A stretch of DNA of 64,000 bases. It comes from Eledone cirrhosa (Eukaryota). The stretch is taken from contig OZ024740.1 of NCBI GenBank assembly GCA_964016885.1, forward strand, positions 155,062,001-155,126,000, read 5' to 3'. Made by a program: the position numbers and the translations under genes. Of this stretch, positions 37,960 to 51,860 are shown piece by piece (the first letter of the stretch is position 1; the number at the start of each line of letters is the position of its first letter). The notes below the pieces were generated by a model that was not told the origin of the DNA, ran no database searches, and saw only the letters and a list, made by a program, of their open reading frames with translations.

Positions 37960-38282
37960 AGCCATGGCTGTTTGGTTAAGGCATTATCTGCACAACCATG
38001 TGGTACCTTGGGCAAGTGTCTTCTACTATAGTCCTGTGTTGACCAATAATTTGACTGAATTTCAGTGGTCAGAAATTGTGAAATCCCTTTGTGTATGTGT
38101 GTGTATGCATGTCCATGTATGTGTCTGTTGATGTCCTATGAATTAGTGGTTCAACAAAAAGAGATGAATATAATCGGCAGATGTGAAGAAAATAAATACT
38201 GAGGCTGATATAATCGACTACATCCCTTGAAGGAGGTGCCCCAGCATAGCTGCCGTCTAATGACTGAAAGCAATAAACGAAG
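37960..38282 (+). mobile_element. Second SINE family (tRNA-like head, CORE-like CCTTGGGCAAGTGTCTT)
   Basis: TGGCTGTTTGGTTAAG head and CCTTGGGCAAGTGTCTTCTACTATAG. Relatives lie near 19750, 25115, 42150, 60570 and 61295. Confidence 0.55.
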
Positions 38283-40009
38283 AATACTGGAAAAAGCTTG
38301 TTTCTATTGTCTATTTACTATTATATTTTACACAGATGAACTTTTTAACTCTTAGCATCTTTTACTGCACAAAATCATATTAGCAATTCATACTTCAAAT
38401 GTACAAAACAGCACCATGACTACTTTTCATTAAAAATCGAAGCCCTTACTCTAATATTGCAAATTTTCACAAAATTTATCCAGTTGTGAAGATACCATAA
38501 ACATCTGAATTAACAAACCAAATTTTTAGATATTTTCTGCTAAAACATTTAGAAATTAAAAAGTACCACATATTTATTCATATGCTCTTTTACTGCTTTC
38601 AGTCATGGACTGAAGCAATGCTGGAGCACCACCTTTAGTTAATCAAATTGATCCCAGTCTAATGAGTGCTTTCTCAATTTCTATTTGTTACAGGTCATAA
38701 ACAGACAAAACTCAAACAACAGCACCATCCCATTTCTTAAATATAAGTATAAACACAAAAACAGACATAGGCTTGTGCACAATTTTCCATCTACCAAACT
38801 CCATTCTCAAAGCACTGGCCAAGTAGATGTGCAGTGGAATCAAACCAGGAACCACGTGGCACATGGTTGAGAAACAAACTTCATGGGTCTGTTATTTCAG
38901 AGCTGACCTGAGATTTTCTTTCTTTAGGGGGAGGGGTAGCAGGGGTTACATAGTAATTTTGATTTACCAGTCTTCTTAAACTTTTCCTGTTTACATAGTT
39001 TTTGTTGAACAAATTATTTATGTCCCCATTTGTATTTACACTTTGTCAACACTATATATTGCTTCCATTTTTTTGCCAATACATTGCTGAATTTAAATAT
39101 TCAATACCATTTCATGATTGTTCACAATATGCTGTTATGCTATTTTAGTATTTTTTCTTTCTTTTAATTGATTGTCTTAGAGTTTCACAAAGTTTTAAAA
39201 TAACTATCTTTACACATGCCTCTGACAAGTGCTTTACCTCTACCATGACTACTGACAATAATAACAGGCCTCCTTCTGCTGATTCCAAACAGAAAACATT
39301 GCAAACATTTCAAGAGTTAATCACAATTTAAAAGTAATAAAATCATTGCTGAAGGAACAGTATTTATAAACGATAATATCATTTTACATTTTGGCATTTT
39401 AAGCTGGGTTATTTAATGCTTGCAACTTTACTACCTTGATATACGCCATCAGATAAAAAATTTCAAATCCAAGATCCATTCATCAAGATTGTCAACAAGG
39501 GTGACAGACAGACAGACTGACTCATAAAATATGAGACCAACTTTCATTGTTTTAAATTTCTAAGATTCATTTTATGTAATGAATTAAACAACCAAACAAA
39601 ACATGATCAATTTACAGAGACCTAAATACAGGGTTTTGATTGTAAATAAATGCAAGCATGTGTGTATGTGAGGGCAGAATGTTTATTGGCTAGAAAACTA
39701 AATTATAAAGTGTGTAGACTTTCAGTAAACATTAACCTTTTTAATACTAATCCATCTAGAACTAGTTCTGGGTCTATGACCCCCCCCCCCCACCCCCACC
39801 CATTTTAAATGCTTTCTATTTAAATTAAAATCTTCAAACATAATTCTATATAAGAACCATATGGTAAGTTACTATCTAAGAAAGAAATAGTATATGATTT
39901 TAGTAAATCATTCAAATTTCTCAATTAATTAATTGAAACAGAGTGTATTTTAGTAGAAATACGATCATGAAAGAGTTAGTAAGCAGTATATGTCTAACTC
40001 TATAGTCAC

Positions 40010-41115
40010 TACTTCCTAAAATATGCAGATGACATCAAGCTGTACCTTGAAATCAAAAGGACTGATCCTGAAATTTACAACTCTTTCCTACAATCAGACC
40101 TGGACACAATGCAGCAATGGATCACAGACTGGCAACTGAAGCTGGCTGTGGACAAGTGTACCACCATGCATTTTGGAAGGAAAAATCCAGCGTCCACATA
40201 CTCCCTCCACAACACTGACATCAAAAAGTCCTCTTGTGAACGTGACCTAGGCATTACTGTCAGCAACGATTTGCGTTGGACAAAGCATGTCTCTAAGATT
40301 GTCAAGAAGGCCGAGGGTGTCTTGGCATCACTCAGCAAGACCTTTGTTAGCCGCTCTCCAGCCATCTATTTAAAACTGTATACAGCTATGGTGCGACCAC
40401 ACTTGGAATTCGCATCATCAGTCTGGAACCCCTATCTTGCTCGGAACATTGACCTCCTGGAAACTGTTCAGAGACGTGCAACCAAGCGCATACCCTCCAT
40501 CAGACACCTACCATACTCTGAACGCCTTGCTTCCCTGGGCATGGATTCATTGAAGCTCCGACGTCTGGCAGTGGACTTGGTGAATACCCACAAAGTTTTT
40601 AACCATCTCGCCAACTGCAACCCTGAGCGCCTCTTTGATCTCCATGTGTCTAACACACGTGGACATGCCTACAAGATTAAGAAAACAGCACAGCTCCCAT
40701 GACTTTCGCAGACATTTTTTCACGCTCAGAGTTGCTGAAACATGGAACAAACTGCCTGCGTCAATTGTTAGCTGCCGAGACACTGCATCCTTTAAGACAC
40801 TCATGCTTCCCGAAATACGCCAAAACTACACCTGATGTGCCCCTTCCATACACATGCACACATGTGTGCACTGTTCATTTTACTGATGTTTGTGCATTGC
40901 CCTATGTACTGTACATGCACTTTTTTGATGGGTTGTGGTGCACCTGGGCACTGTGCACAATATTTCATTATTGTTATTGTTATTATATCATGACTCATAC
41001 ACTGTTTATTTTCCTGACATTTGTACATTATTCTATGTACTATACATGCACCTTTGATGAGTTGTAGTGCACCTGAGCACTGTACACAATAATTTCATTA
41101 TTATTATTATTATTA
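40010..41115 (+). mobile_element. CR1/L2-group LINE 3' fragment
   Basis: FLKYADDIKLY at ~40013 and LYTAMVRPHLEFASSVWNPY...LETVQRRATK. Frameshift near 40685 into RRHFFTLRVAETWNKLP. Duplicated 3' terminus with (ATT)n tails. Confidence 0.92.
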
Positions 41116-41891
41116 ACTTTTGTGATTTTCTGTTGTAAATATGTCACTTTTATGGCAAGGACAAGGCCCCCTCCCCTTTTTTTTAAACTAAAACAATTCC
41201 ATTTTTATGAACACATTATGATTGAAGGAAATACTGTTAAAAGAAAACAATCAACATACCTAGTTAAAAATTTCAAATTTTGGTAATATAAGATAGGCTT
41301 AGGCATAAGGCCACACATTTATGGGAAAGAAGAGATGTGTAAGTACCAATAGTTCACTAGTACTTATAGATACTGAAAGAATGAAATGCTAAACAATGTA
41401 AACTACTGTATATACTCATGTATAAGTCATGAAAAGGTCTGTAGTTTATCTACTAGACCTACAAAACCTTAATTTAAAATATATGGTACATTATAAATGT
41501 TATATGTAAAATGAAGGTGTGGCTTATTACACAAGTCTTTACGATAAATATTACAATGTATTTTGACCAGCAATCAACCGATTCTGTCATTCCACGACCT
41601 AATAATAAATAATTTGATATAATTTTTAGAATATCGATTATTGAGAGTATTAACAAAATAAAACAGAAGGGGAGTGGGGTCTGGGACACGAGAGTGAAAA
41701 TCATTGCTATTGGCTGTCATATGACCAGTGGGAATAACGCCAACAAAACAGCTGCTAAGAAGACAAAGACAGGAGGCATAAATAACAGAGTTGCATATAG
41801 CTCACACTTTATTTAGCAAAGTTCTTGAGATTTGAGTAGACTTTGTCACTAAATAGGATTGCTGACAAGATTATTGTTATAGTAATAACAA

Positions 41892-42130
41892 TAATTGTTT
41901 CTACTTTAAGCACAAGGTCAGCAATTACCCAGTGCAATACTGGTACTTTATTTTATCGACCCCGTAAGGATGAAAGGCAAAGTCAACCTCGGCGGGATTT
42001 ATGATGATGCTTCCTTTCATCGTCATCATCATCATCATCATTTAACATCCATCTTCCACGATCGTAAAGGGACGTAACTATGCTGGAAAGCATGGCGTCC
42101 GACCCTCTACTGATACTGCCAATCCACCGT
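41892..42130 (-). mobile_element. Chimeric SINE with internal RTE tail
   Basis: SINE head, then CGTGGAAGATGGATGTTAAA(TGA)n-AAGGAAGCATCATCAT, then the SINE 3' half. The same junction occurs at 17550-17735 (+). Confidence 0.75.
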
Positions 42131-42658
42131 AATAACAATAATAATCTTTTGCTCTCACAATTGTAATGTCATGGATTCGATCCCCAGATGTGTTGTGACC
42201 TTGAGCACTTCATTTCATACTAATTCAGCCAGTTCACTCAACTAAAATATACCAACAGCTGGTATTCATTGAAACAAACTGGCATCATGTCCAATTACTC
42301 TCAATCGCTTCACACCACATGGAACTAGGATAAACTCTGGCCTGATAAGCCTCTAATCTCAAAAGTGACCTTAATATTTGTTTTTAAAATAATCTCTTAG
42401 TTAAGAAAATTAATTGCACCTCACTAGAACTATTTTCCTAACCAAGTTTTCCCCCTATAACTACCAACCCAGTAGCAATTTAAATAGATTATTAACAGCA
42501 ATTATTATCTGCATATATCCACATCATTCAATCTAGTAAGGATTGAAAAAGCTATAGAGCACCTTTTTTTTCTAAAAATGTTAAATAAAAATGACAGTTT
42601 ATTAAATGAATTGATAAATATTACAATAGAGAAAGATTGTGTGCGTATGTGTAAAATT

Positions 42659-43171
42659 AGGTATCACTAGGAATTTTTGAAAATATTTAAATCTAATTTC
42701 TTGGATAGCATAAAAAAATAAAAAAATGCTTTGATACCTCATTTGTGAAATTTGGATGAATAGTTTAGGAAATATGACAATTTGAATGGTCAGCGAATTG
42801 GTTTAAATCCTGCTTAATTAAGCCTAAATGAACAATTAGCCAAATTTGTGATGTCGTATCTTTGAAACTGAGGTGATAATCATCTTCAAATTACACAAAT
42901 TAATAGTGTCCATGGGATAGCAGTTGCCTTTTTTTTTTCTCAAGTTCTTGAAAATGAAACTTTTTTGGGGGAAATTTTAAAAATATTTATGTAACAAACA
43001 GTTAATTTTTCATAACAAACGTAAGCTTTGCATGTGCTCTGAGACCTAGCTAAATCCAAAGGTACAAATTCACATCCAAAACGTTGATGGAAAAAATGTA
43101 TTTTGACATGAAAATGATCAAACAAAAAGTGGATTTTTGAGTGGTTAAACTGTGACCTGCTGTGATACCTA
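42659..43171. mobile_element. Putative non-autonomous DNA transposon (short TIR, superfamily uncertain)
   Basis: TAGGTATCAC ... GTGATACCTA inverted termini around about 500 bp of AT-rich sequence. Confidence 0.35.
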
Positions 43172-43345
43172 GTAAAATATGCATGTATGTAACCATATCA
43201 TTTTATGCCTGTTTTTTCCATGCTGGTATAGATTGAACTAGACTATTTGAAGCAGTGTTTCAAGACTAGATGCCTTTCTTGATACCAACTCTTTTTAGTA
43301 GCTCTTTATGGCACACAGGGATGCTGTGCACCTATTCTAAAAATG

Positions 43346-43376
<31 letters not shown>

Positions 43377-44079
43377 AAGTAGTTCTCGGTAAAGGTGTAT
43401 TAACCGTTGTGGAATTACTTCTACCAAACTCGTCCCGTGGACTGAGTGCTCTACTACTGCAGATATAACCCATCAGTGTTCTACCACTATATATATATAT
43501 ATCAAAAGGTGATTCTTACAAGACTAGTGTTGTTTCCTTCATTTAAGAATTCAACATTGAGAGAATCAAAACTATTCCTACAATTGTCATATTTTAATAA
43601 ATCTACGTAATCCCCCTACTTGATGTATTGACTAACTTTCTTTAATTGTGGTCTTGTCGAATTTCTAATAGAATACTTTTTAACAAATGTGTGTGTGCGT
43701 AGTCATGACCAAAGGGTGCCCTCTTCTCTCTCTCTCTCTATATATATATATTTATATAAGAAGGGCAGCCTTTGGTCATGGCTAGCCATGGGATTTGCAC
43801 CTCTGACTAACTGGTTATGGTTCTGCTTCTCTGGGAAGGATGTTTTGTGGAAGACCAGGAATTGCCCATGCATGCAAGTTTCCCATCTATATGGCACTGA
43901 TGATGTTTTAAGAAAAGGAATGAGCCGATAGAGCTTGTCACTAGTGTCATTGTCATTGCAGTACAATTTTTCCAGCAGACTAAACTGGAACAACACAAGA
44001 TAAAACGTATCACCTGGTCAAGGAATTGAATTTATGACTCTGCGATCATGAACCGAACACCCTAACCACAAAACCATGA

Positions 44080-44279
44080 NNNNNNNNNNNNNNNNNNNNN
44101 NNNNNNNNNNNNNNNNNNNNNNNNNNNNNNNNNNNNNNNNNNNNNNNNNNNNNNNNNNNNNNNNNNNNNNNNNNNNNNNNNNNNNNNNNNNNNNNNNNNN
44201 NNNNNNNNNNNNNNNNNNNNNNNNNNNNNNNNNNNNNNNNNNNNNNNNNNNNNNNNNNNNNNNNNNNNNNNNNNNNNNN
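44080..44279. other. Assembly gap (200 N)
   Basis: Run of N characters. Confidence 1.
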
Positions 44280-46146
44280 ATGGACGATCATATTACAAAC
44301 CTTAATCTTTCCACAACGATTTGTTTACTTAAAATCATACAAGAAAATGTTTTTCTTTATCTGAAATTAACTTCTATCATATATCTTATCTATTTATCTT
44401 TATATCTATCTGAAGAGAGGCACACTTCATATGAAGATTTGAATTTTATTTTTTTTTAAAAAGGCACGCAGACTACTTTGTTGTTGATAATCTCCCATCC
44501 ATATCTAGTGTTTGTGTAACAATAAAAACGGAATAATTCAGAATAAACAAATGTTTACAATAAAAAGGTTAGTGAGAATTACAAATAAAAAATGATCCTA
44601 ATAATAATACAATTAAAAGAACGCCATCTTTAGTGATAACGACGACAAAAAACATCGCCGAATAGACGAGAACAACGACGGAAACTAACTCTGCGTCAGT
44701 CGTCCTTAACCATTTTTCCTCCAAGCCCCAGCACGACATGGGAAAAACGTTTCGTGTTTTAAAAAATGTGAAGTTTCGGAAAATGCCCCCTAAAATATTC
44801 AAATTGCCACATTCAACCTTCCTACCACTGTAGGACGCATCCCACGTTCAGAATAACAGCTTTTACATTGTTGCTCGACCTTATAGAAATAGCAGATAAA
44901 GGATGTCTTAGATAATTTAGTCTTGGCGCCCGGATTCCTTTAATCATAGGTCTGCTCAATCAGAGTTGACCTGGGGTTAAACAACGACAACAGATCAATT
45001 TGATGGGAGTAAGCGAAGACACAATTATCAAAAGGTGGTGATGAAAAGTAGAAATGTGTGGCTTAACTAAGGGTATAATAAAACTTGTTTTCGTTCGCAG
45101 ATGTTCTGAAAAAAAATCTAACATTTTTATTTTGTTTTCTCGATGCCTTCGAGACTGATGAGAGAGGGTTGGCGAAAGTATCCTCGAATTGGAGGCCAAA
45201 CCTGAAACAGAGTGGACTCCGGTAAACGCACTCCAACACCACGGCAGTATTTGAACTCAACGCAAGGAGCCTGGATCAAATACAGCAAAGCATCCGGCGA
45301 TCTAATAATTTCGCCAGTCCACTACCGAATTGAATCTTATGGCGGAACCGACTGCCTTTCATCCCTCGGAGTTGAAAAAGACGAATTACATAATCAGCCA
45401 TGTATTCAATGAACAATAACATACCCACCACCTCAACAGATGTGTGGCTGTGTGCCAAACCAATAAACCATTATTATCAGCAACAGCAGCACTGTCACGT
45501 AATGGGAGCTTTTGAACTTCGTTAATGTCAGATTCCTAGAAAATAGTATGTTTACAAGCCAACGGAGGAAGCTTCGAAGCAATAGTTTGAACAATTAGAA
45601 ATGACAGCTAAAACCTCCCTCAAATCACATCCTACAAATTTAATAAAGGAAAGACATTGGATAATGTAGTTTTCTGTCGGTTGGTGACGACTGTAATATC
45701 TTTAATTAATGTCTGCTCGATCAGAGCTAAACTAGGAGGGGGTGAACACCCGCAAGGGAGCCTCCACGTGGCAGCTCGACCTACTAGCAAATGCAGCCTT
45801 AATGTCCCTTATATCACGCCCTACCATCTTTTAAAACAGGAAAGATTAAATCGGATCGTATAATCCCAGATAACAACTTTTGGTATCACAAACCGCTACG
45901 CTAGTGAATCTCAACCAGGGGGTAAATTTACCACCTCCTTAAAATATCCATAGTAGAGAGTAAATATATCACACTTGATCATGTTATATAATTTACAAAA
46001 TTTATAGCAAAACAGTTTTTTTTTTATTACATCACGACAGAGGGGGGTCATGGATATATTACATAACAAAACAGAGGGGGCCATACACTATGTAACTGAA
46101 GAGAATACAACAAATGGGTGACAAATTGTGATCTTGTTATTTAGTC

Positions 46147-46361
46147 CAATAGTTCCCAAAGTTGGTTTCAAAAGATAAGGCGTCTTTTAACAATATATAA
46201 TTAAATTTTATAAATATGAATAAATTCTTTCTCTAGAACATTTCTTGTTTCATTTAATATCTTCCTAAAATTAGGTTGGAGATTATCCGTGAAATATAGG
46301 TATGGGTTCCACGATTTTGCGAAAATCACATAAGGGTTCGCGGCACATTTGGAAACCACTG
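46147..46361. mobile_element. Decayed hAT-like MITE
   Basis: Ends CAATAGTTCCCAAAGT and TTTGGAAACCACTG resemble CAGTGGTTCCCAAA-type TIRs. Confidence 0.45.
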
Positions 46362-48221
46362 ATCTTAGTCTATTTTGGCATGGAAGTAAAGGGTTAAATA
46401 GCGAAATACATAAAAAGCCGAGAGGATAAATGATAGAAGGGTTGGAAATCACTGGTCAATGGGCTACTACATATAGTTATAGTATGCGAATCGCACAATG
46501 TCTTTACACTGGAATATATTGGATGATGATAAATCCACTGTCGATTTCAGTGAAGACCCTCTCTGTTCGTCGTTAAATTAAAGTCTAAGTGGGGAAATCT
46601 TCCACAGACATGTGTGTTGGAAACATAATTATGAAGCAAAATGAACGTGACACAGTTGTAAGTATAGGTACAATCCATCCAACGGGCTCCAACACATCTA
46701 CCCAATTTCACTTATAAACTTGTCGACCTGAGGCTATAGTAAAAGAAGTTTGCTAAAAATGAAACCGAGAACTAAATTTGAGAAGCGAACTTCTTAACCA
46801 GTCAACTATGCTTGATACACTATTGGATATATTATACTCGGCACACACCAAAAAAAAAACGGAATAGTCATTACTAGAATACCTTTGCCAATAGCTGGGC
46901 CAAGTAAAGTCAGTATAAATTGCAATGCTCAATAAAAAATGTCCCTCAAATCATAACACCGTTTTAAAAAGGGTAAGATTGGATGATGATGTCCTAAATA
47001 GGCTGTTTAAAAGAAAAAAAAATCAAACGGATGATCACCACTGGAACGCTTATGATTGACTTCAGTATCGATCTCAAGAGGATGAAAAACAGTTGGCTTC
47101 GAAGGGGTTCCAACTCAGCATGCAAATAGTTGGAGCAAATACCACAAGGCATTTGTCCCATGCTTGAAACGATTCGTCTAAACGGCTTCTCGCTCCATTT
47201 TTTTTTTCTTTTACAAAAAAGAAAACCGTCTTTTCATACATAAAACATTACTCCAAATATGCACCAGTCGATGTTTATCTTATCTTTCTTTTTATTTATT
47301 AGATTTAGTCAAAAGGGGGAAGGTAGCACCCATAACATTTCTGTAGTCTCCAGGACTGGCTGGAAGCAAAGGAAAGAGAAACCACGACTCACGGGTTGCT
47401 GTTTGGCAAACTTATGATAAAGGCATTCTAACTATGTCCATCTCGACTTTTTGAATAACGAGTAATATATTGTTCAATACTTATTTTTATAGGCGGTAGG
47501 ATGTGATTTTAAGGAAAACGAGGCCGATTTTTATAACAGATTCAGCGATTAGAGACCGCAACCTTTTTCGTCCCGTTTACCAACAGTATATAGCCCCTAA
47601 CAACATTGCAATCATATACAACTGGTGAACTGATACCAGCTCTAGGTTCAAATAGTCATTCAATTTAACCCCCCCCCCCCTCCCAAGTAGGAGAAATTTA
47701 TACCAAGTTGGGGGAAAAAACCTAGGGCAGAAGCTCTTCTTGGCTCTGCAAATCATAAGTTGCTACAGTGGGAAGCAGCATATCAAAGATATCGAGTTAT
47801 CCTTAGGCAAGAGACGGGGTCTGAATCCTTGAAACAGAATAGACTAAGTTAAAGGCAGCCAAATGTAAAATGGTACTGAGAAGCCGAACGACCAAAGGAG
47901 AAAAACTGTATGATTACAATATAATGTAAGACGATCTGTACAACCTAACAACAATTTCTAAGATGAAAAAGTAATATATAATAAACATCAGAAAATGCTG
48001 GTCTATATCACGTCCGTAGTTCCTCCTATCATCATATAAAATCATCTAAATAGCTACTAAAATCATACATCTACATAGATACACACACATATATATACAG
48101 AGAGAGATATATAAATTTGAATACGTGGGAATCCTAAACGCACAAAATAACTGTAGTAACAGTCGATCGTTATAAATAATAGTTTATAAAATCGAGTAAA
48201 ATATCAGTAGAGATGGAAAAA

Positions 48222-48392
48222 CTGGTAAAATTCGTTATAACGAATACCATTATTACGAATTTTTCAGTATAACGAAATTTTTTCAATCCCCGGCTACACG
48301 CAATTGTTAGATCGATCTCGTTATAAAGAATTATTCATTACAACGAATTATTTTTCATATCCCATGAATTTCGTTATAATGGAATTTCACTG
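48222..48392. mobile_element. pogo/Tigger-like MITE
   Basis: Ends GGTAAAATTCGTTATAACGAA and TTCGTTATAATGGAATTTCACTG with repeated TTATAACGAA subterminal motifs. Confidence 0.55.
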
Positions 48393-49335
48393 TGTATATA
48401 TATTCATACACATACATCCATATATACATACATACATACATTCAGCCATAAAGACACGTATTTACAAAAATCAAACCGTCGGGGAAGGGCTCTTTCTGGG
48501 AGCTAGACCTCCTAAAAATAACTATCTCCCTCGAATCACTCACTAAAATCTTACATCATGACACATTGAATAACAGAAGTCCAACATACTCTTTAAAAGA
48601 TTAACTGACAAAGAGTAAAGCAACAAATGTACATATGCAAACATGTACATATATATATACACATGTACATATATGTGTGTATATGCACACATGCATCTAT
48701 ATACATACACTATATATATATATAAGCCATACATATACATACACACACATATATAACATGGATAGTGATAAAAATGAAAAAGAAAAACACATGGCGTCCC
48801 CCTCATGTTTTGTATAATCTATCTATATGTTCGTTATTTCTGTGTCTTATTGAGTGTTGTGTTATTTGAAAAAAATCTTTGATTAAAGTCATTCCAGTTG
48901 TGACAATCCAATCTTAGTTTTTATATCAGAAACTACTACATAGTCAAATATGGTCCTTTTTTGTTTTGTTTTGTTTTTTCAATTTTTAAAGACAGCGTAA
49001 TGTGAATTTGAGGAAGATTTAGCTGCTATTTCATTCTAGCATAGCATGGTGAGCGACCACATAAGTAGGGGCCCCCGCTTCCTCGTTAATTCATAATTGT
49101 GCGTATGTAAGTGTGTGTTAGTTAAGATGAAGATATATGAAATATGTGGTTGTATACTATATATACATATGTTATATTTTTCTCTTCTCATCTCATTATC
49201 AAAACAATCGATAGCAGAGATAACAGCCGTAAACGAAAGTTAGCCAACAGCATTCGTAGTAGTCTATAGAATGTGGTAACAATGAACAGTTAACGAAACG
49301 AGTAATTATAATGAGGTTTATAGGAAAAAACTCAC

Positions 49336-49370
49336 CCCAATTCCGCACAACACTGCAACAATGCCGCCAT
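49336..49370 (-). CDS. AEBP2: Probable first coding exon of the AEBP2-like gene (MAALLQCCAELG)
   Basis: Minus strand reads caaagATGGCGGCATTGTTGCAGTGTTGTGCGGAATTGGG|GTGAGT: good start context, perfect donor, 11 codons plus GG (phase 2). GG joins the first C of the 6224 exon to give GGC in frame. It lies in a CpG-rich unique region. Intervening exons cannot be excluded. Confidence 0.68.
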
Positions 49371-49373
49371 CTT
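49363..49373 (-). promoter_or_regulatory. YY1-type motif AAGATGGCGGC overlapping the start codon
   Basis: Matches the YY1 consensus, which often overlaps the ATG of housekeeping genes with short 5' UTRs. Confidence 0.5.
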
Positions 49374-51754
49374 TGGTAGGAAACTAAGTCAGTAAACTAC
49401 TCTCCTCCTCAAAATGAATAATACGAAACGTTCTTAACACTTATTTCTTCTTCTACATTTCATATTTATTTTTCTTCTTCATTCACCGGATAAATCATGA
49501 TGGTTATTATTAATATTATTTTAGAGTACATATTTGATATATAAATACATATTTCATTTCATTTATTTGTTTATTTTTATTCTTTTATATTTCGTTTCGT
49601 CAATTTTTATTTTGTTTGTTTTTTTCTACCCTTCCTCGCGCATTTTTTGCATTTTTTTTTTTTTTTGCCCTTGTGCCAAATAACCATTTATTATTTTTTA
49701 TTATTGAGACTTATTTATATATTAAATATATTCTTCATATTTCATCCCACTTAATTTTTTTTCTTCTATATTTTTGTTTCGCTCATTTTCTTTTTGTTTG
49801 GTCTTGTTTTATTTGTCTGTCTCCTACCCTTCCTCACGCTTTCTTCAACTCGACTTTTTAGTGTTGTTTTTATTTATTGATTTATTTTATGTTTTTTTGG
49901 TCTTGTGCCAAATAACAGAACCGTATATAAAATTATATATATCGTTCATTTTTCATTTTATTTTTTTGTATTCCATTTTATTTGTATTCAATTTTCTTCT
50001 GTTTCCCATTTTTTCATTTCCCTTTCCCTCACTCTTTTGCTACTCGCTTTTTTTTAATGCCCCCTTATCATGACCATTGTGGAAAATAAATTAACCGATC
50101 ATCATTGGGTCATATATGTAATATATAAATTTCTTTCTGTTGGTTTTTGTAACTTCTTTATTTATTTTTCTGTTACTTTTCTTTTTCATATATATTTCTT
50201 CTATTCAAAAATAACCCACTTCACATGTTCCCTATTTTGCAGCTTAGCTTTTGTTTACCGCTGTGACAAATAAAAGAATCGATCATTATTAAAGAGAGCT
50301 AAGGGAATTAACTCAAGTGGCCCAATGACATTTTGTTAATTGGGGTTCCAAATAACACGCAAAATATTCTGAATGAATTAAAATTTGTTTTTCAGTTGAA
50401 AAAAAAACGGCTTTTGTAGGCGATTCTTGCAGCAAAAGGACGAACTTCAGTCTTATTAAACCTCATCAGCGAAGCATAGTTTTCTCAAACTTCATTGATG
50501 TTTACGATTAGAAAAATAGTTGCGAACAGTTTTGGCTAAATTAGAAAATTGGATTTTTTCTTTTTCTTTTTAGTCAGAGGACCCTTGAGACGAATGAGAG
50601 AGAGAGTGAAGAAGGTATCTTCAAATTGGAGACTCGGTCCGAATGCTTACAACACATTGAACTCTGCTAAAGGGACCGTGTAGTGTGGTTAAACTGAGTG
50701 ACGCATTAAGTCTACCTCTCAAGAAAGCCACTACGGAATTTGAACACAGAATGCAAAACGACAGAACAAATACTGCAAGACATCTTCTCCGATATTCAAA
50801 CAATAAGCCAATACATCGCTATGACTGTTATTTTATTTTATCAACCCCGAAAAGAGAAATGTCAAATTAAGCCTCGGAGAGATTTGAACTTATAACGTAG
50901 AGAGATTGAACAGTTACCCGCAAGTAATTTTGTCCTTCCTAACCACTCTGCCAATTCGCTCAAGTCAAGGGAAATAACTCAAGACGCAAATTCCAAATCG
51001 TTTGGAGTCTTTTGCGTATATCAATGCCGCACCAACCTACCTTAGCGATGTTTTCTTTTTTATCCTCAGTATAAACCTCTCTCCTCCTTCTTTACACTTC
51101 TGCAACTTGTATTTTTTGTTGTTCTTGTGATATTTACACTTTGTCACTCTTGTGGCAACTAAAGAAGCACTTTATTATTTTACAGTTTCATGCGACAGAA
51201 TCTTTGTTTAATTTTTAATTTAAAAGAAAATGGATTTGTCAGTGGATTGCAATATTATTTTCATGGTAATAATAAAATTATTCAAGCATAGGCATGTCCA
51301 GAAGTATTGCGAAGGTGGATAGGTATTATCGATTATATTAAACTTGATAATAATCACAGTGGATCCGAAAACTCTGGCTAACTCGTTATTTACATACGCA
51401 TAGATACATGTATACACATATGCGCCCCAAACATTTAATAGTTTAAGTAAAATTAATTTCAATGAATTAAAGTATATTGATAATAATAATAATAATTTTT
51501 TTTCTTTATTAATAATAGTAACAAAGATAATTGTTTCTACTTTTGGCACAAGGCCAGAAAATAACCTAGTACATTACTGGTACTTTATTTTATCGACCCC
51601 GTAAGGATGAAAGGCAAAGTTGATGGAAAATAATGAAAATAATTTAGAAAAGCTCTGGTTAACTCTCTATATACAAACACACAGACACAACATAAATACA
51701 CTAAACATGTATTCTTTTAAGTAAAGAGACGATTATTAAAGGCTATTCACAAAT

Positions 51755-51860
51755 AACAGTGACGTCATCAAAAGTGACGACTGTTGGAAGGAAGTAGGTT
51801 TCGTTACGAATCTAGGATTTATTTACTTTTCTTACTTTAAAGTGATTTTCTTGTAAGTAT
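51755..51860 (+). promoter_or_regulatory. Candidate promoter and non-coding first exon of a divergent transcript
   Basis: Full CRE TGACGTCA at 51760-51767, half-CRE TGACG at 51775-51779, ETS-like GGAAGT near 51790 and a GTAAGT donor at 51853-51858, all in unique CpG-containing sequence. Confidence 0.35.

Noticed and set aside
44046-44459. ORFs containing X runs
   Set aside because: Artefacts of the 200-N gap.
50430-50480. Minus-strand CTGATGA-GGTTT-AATA-AGACT-GAAG as a hammerhead
   Set aside because: GAAA is replaced by GAAG and no stem I partner follows the candidate GTC.
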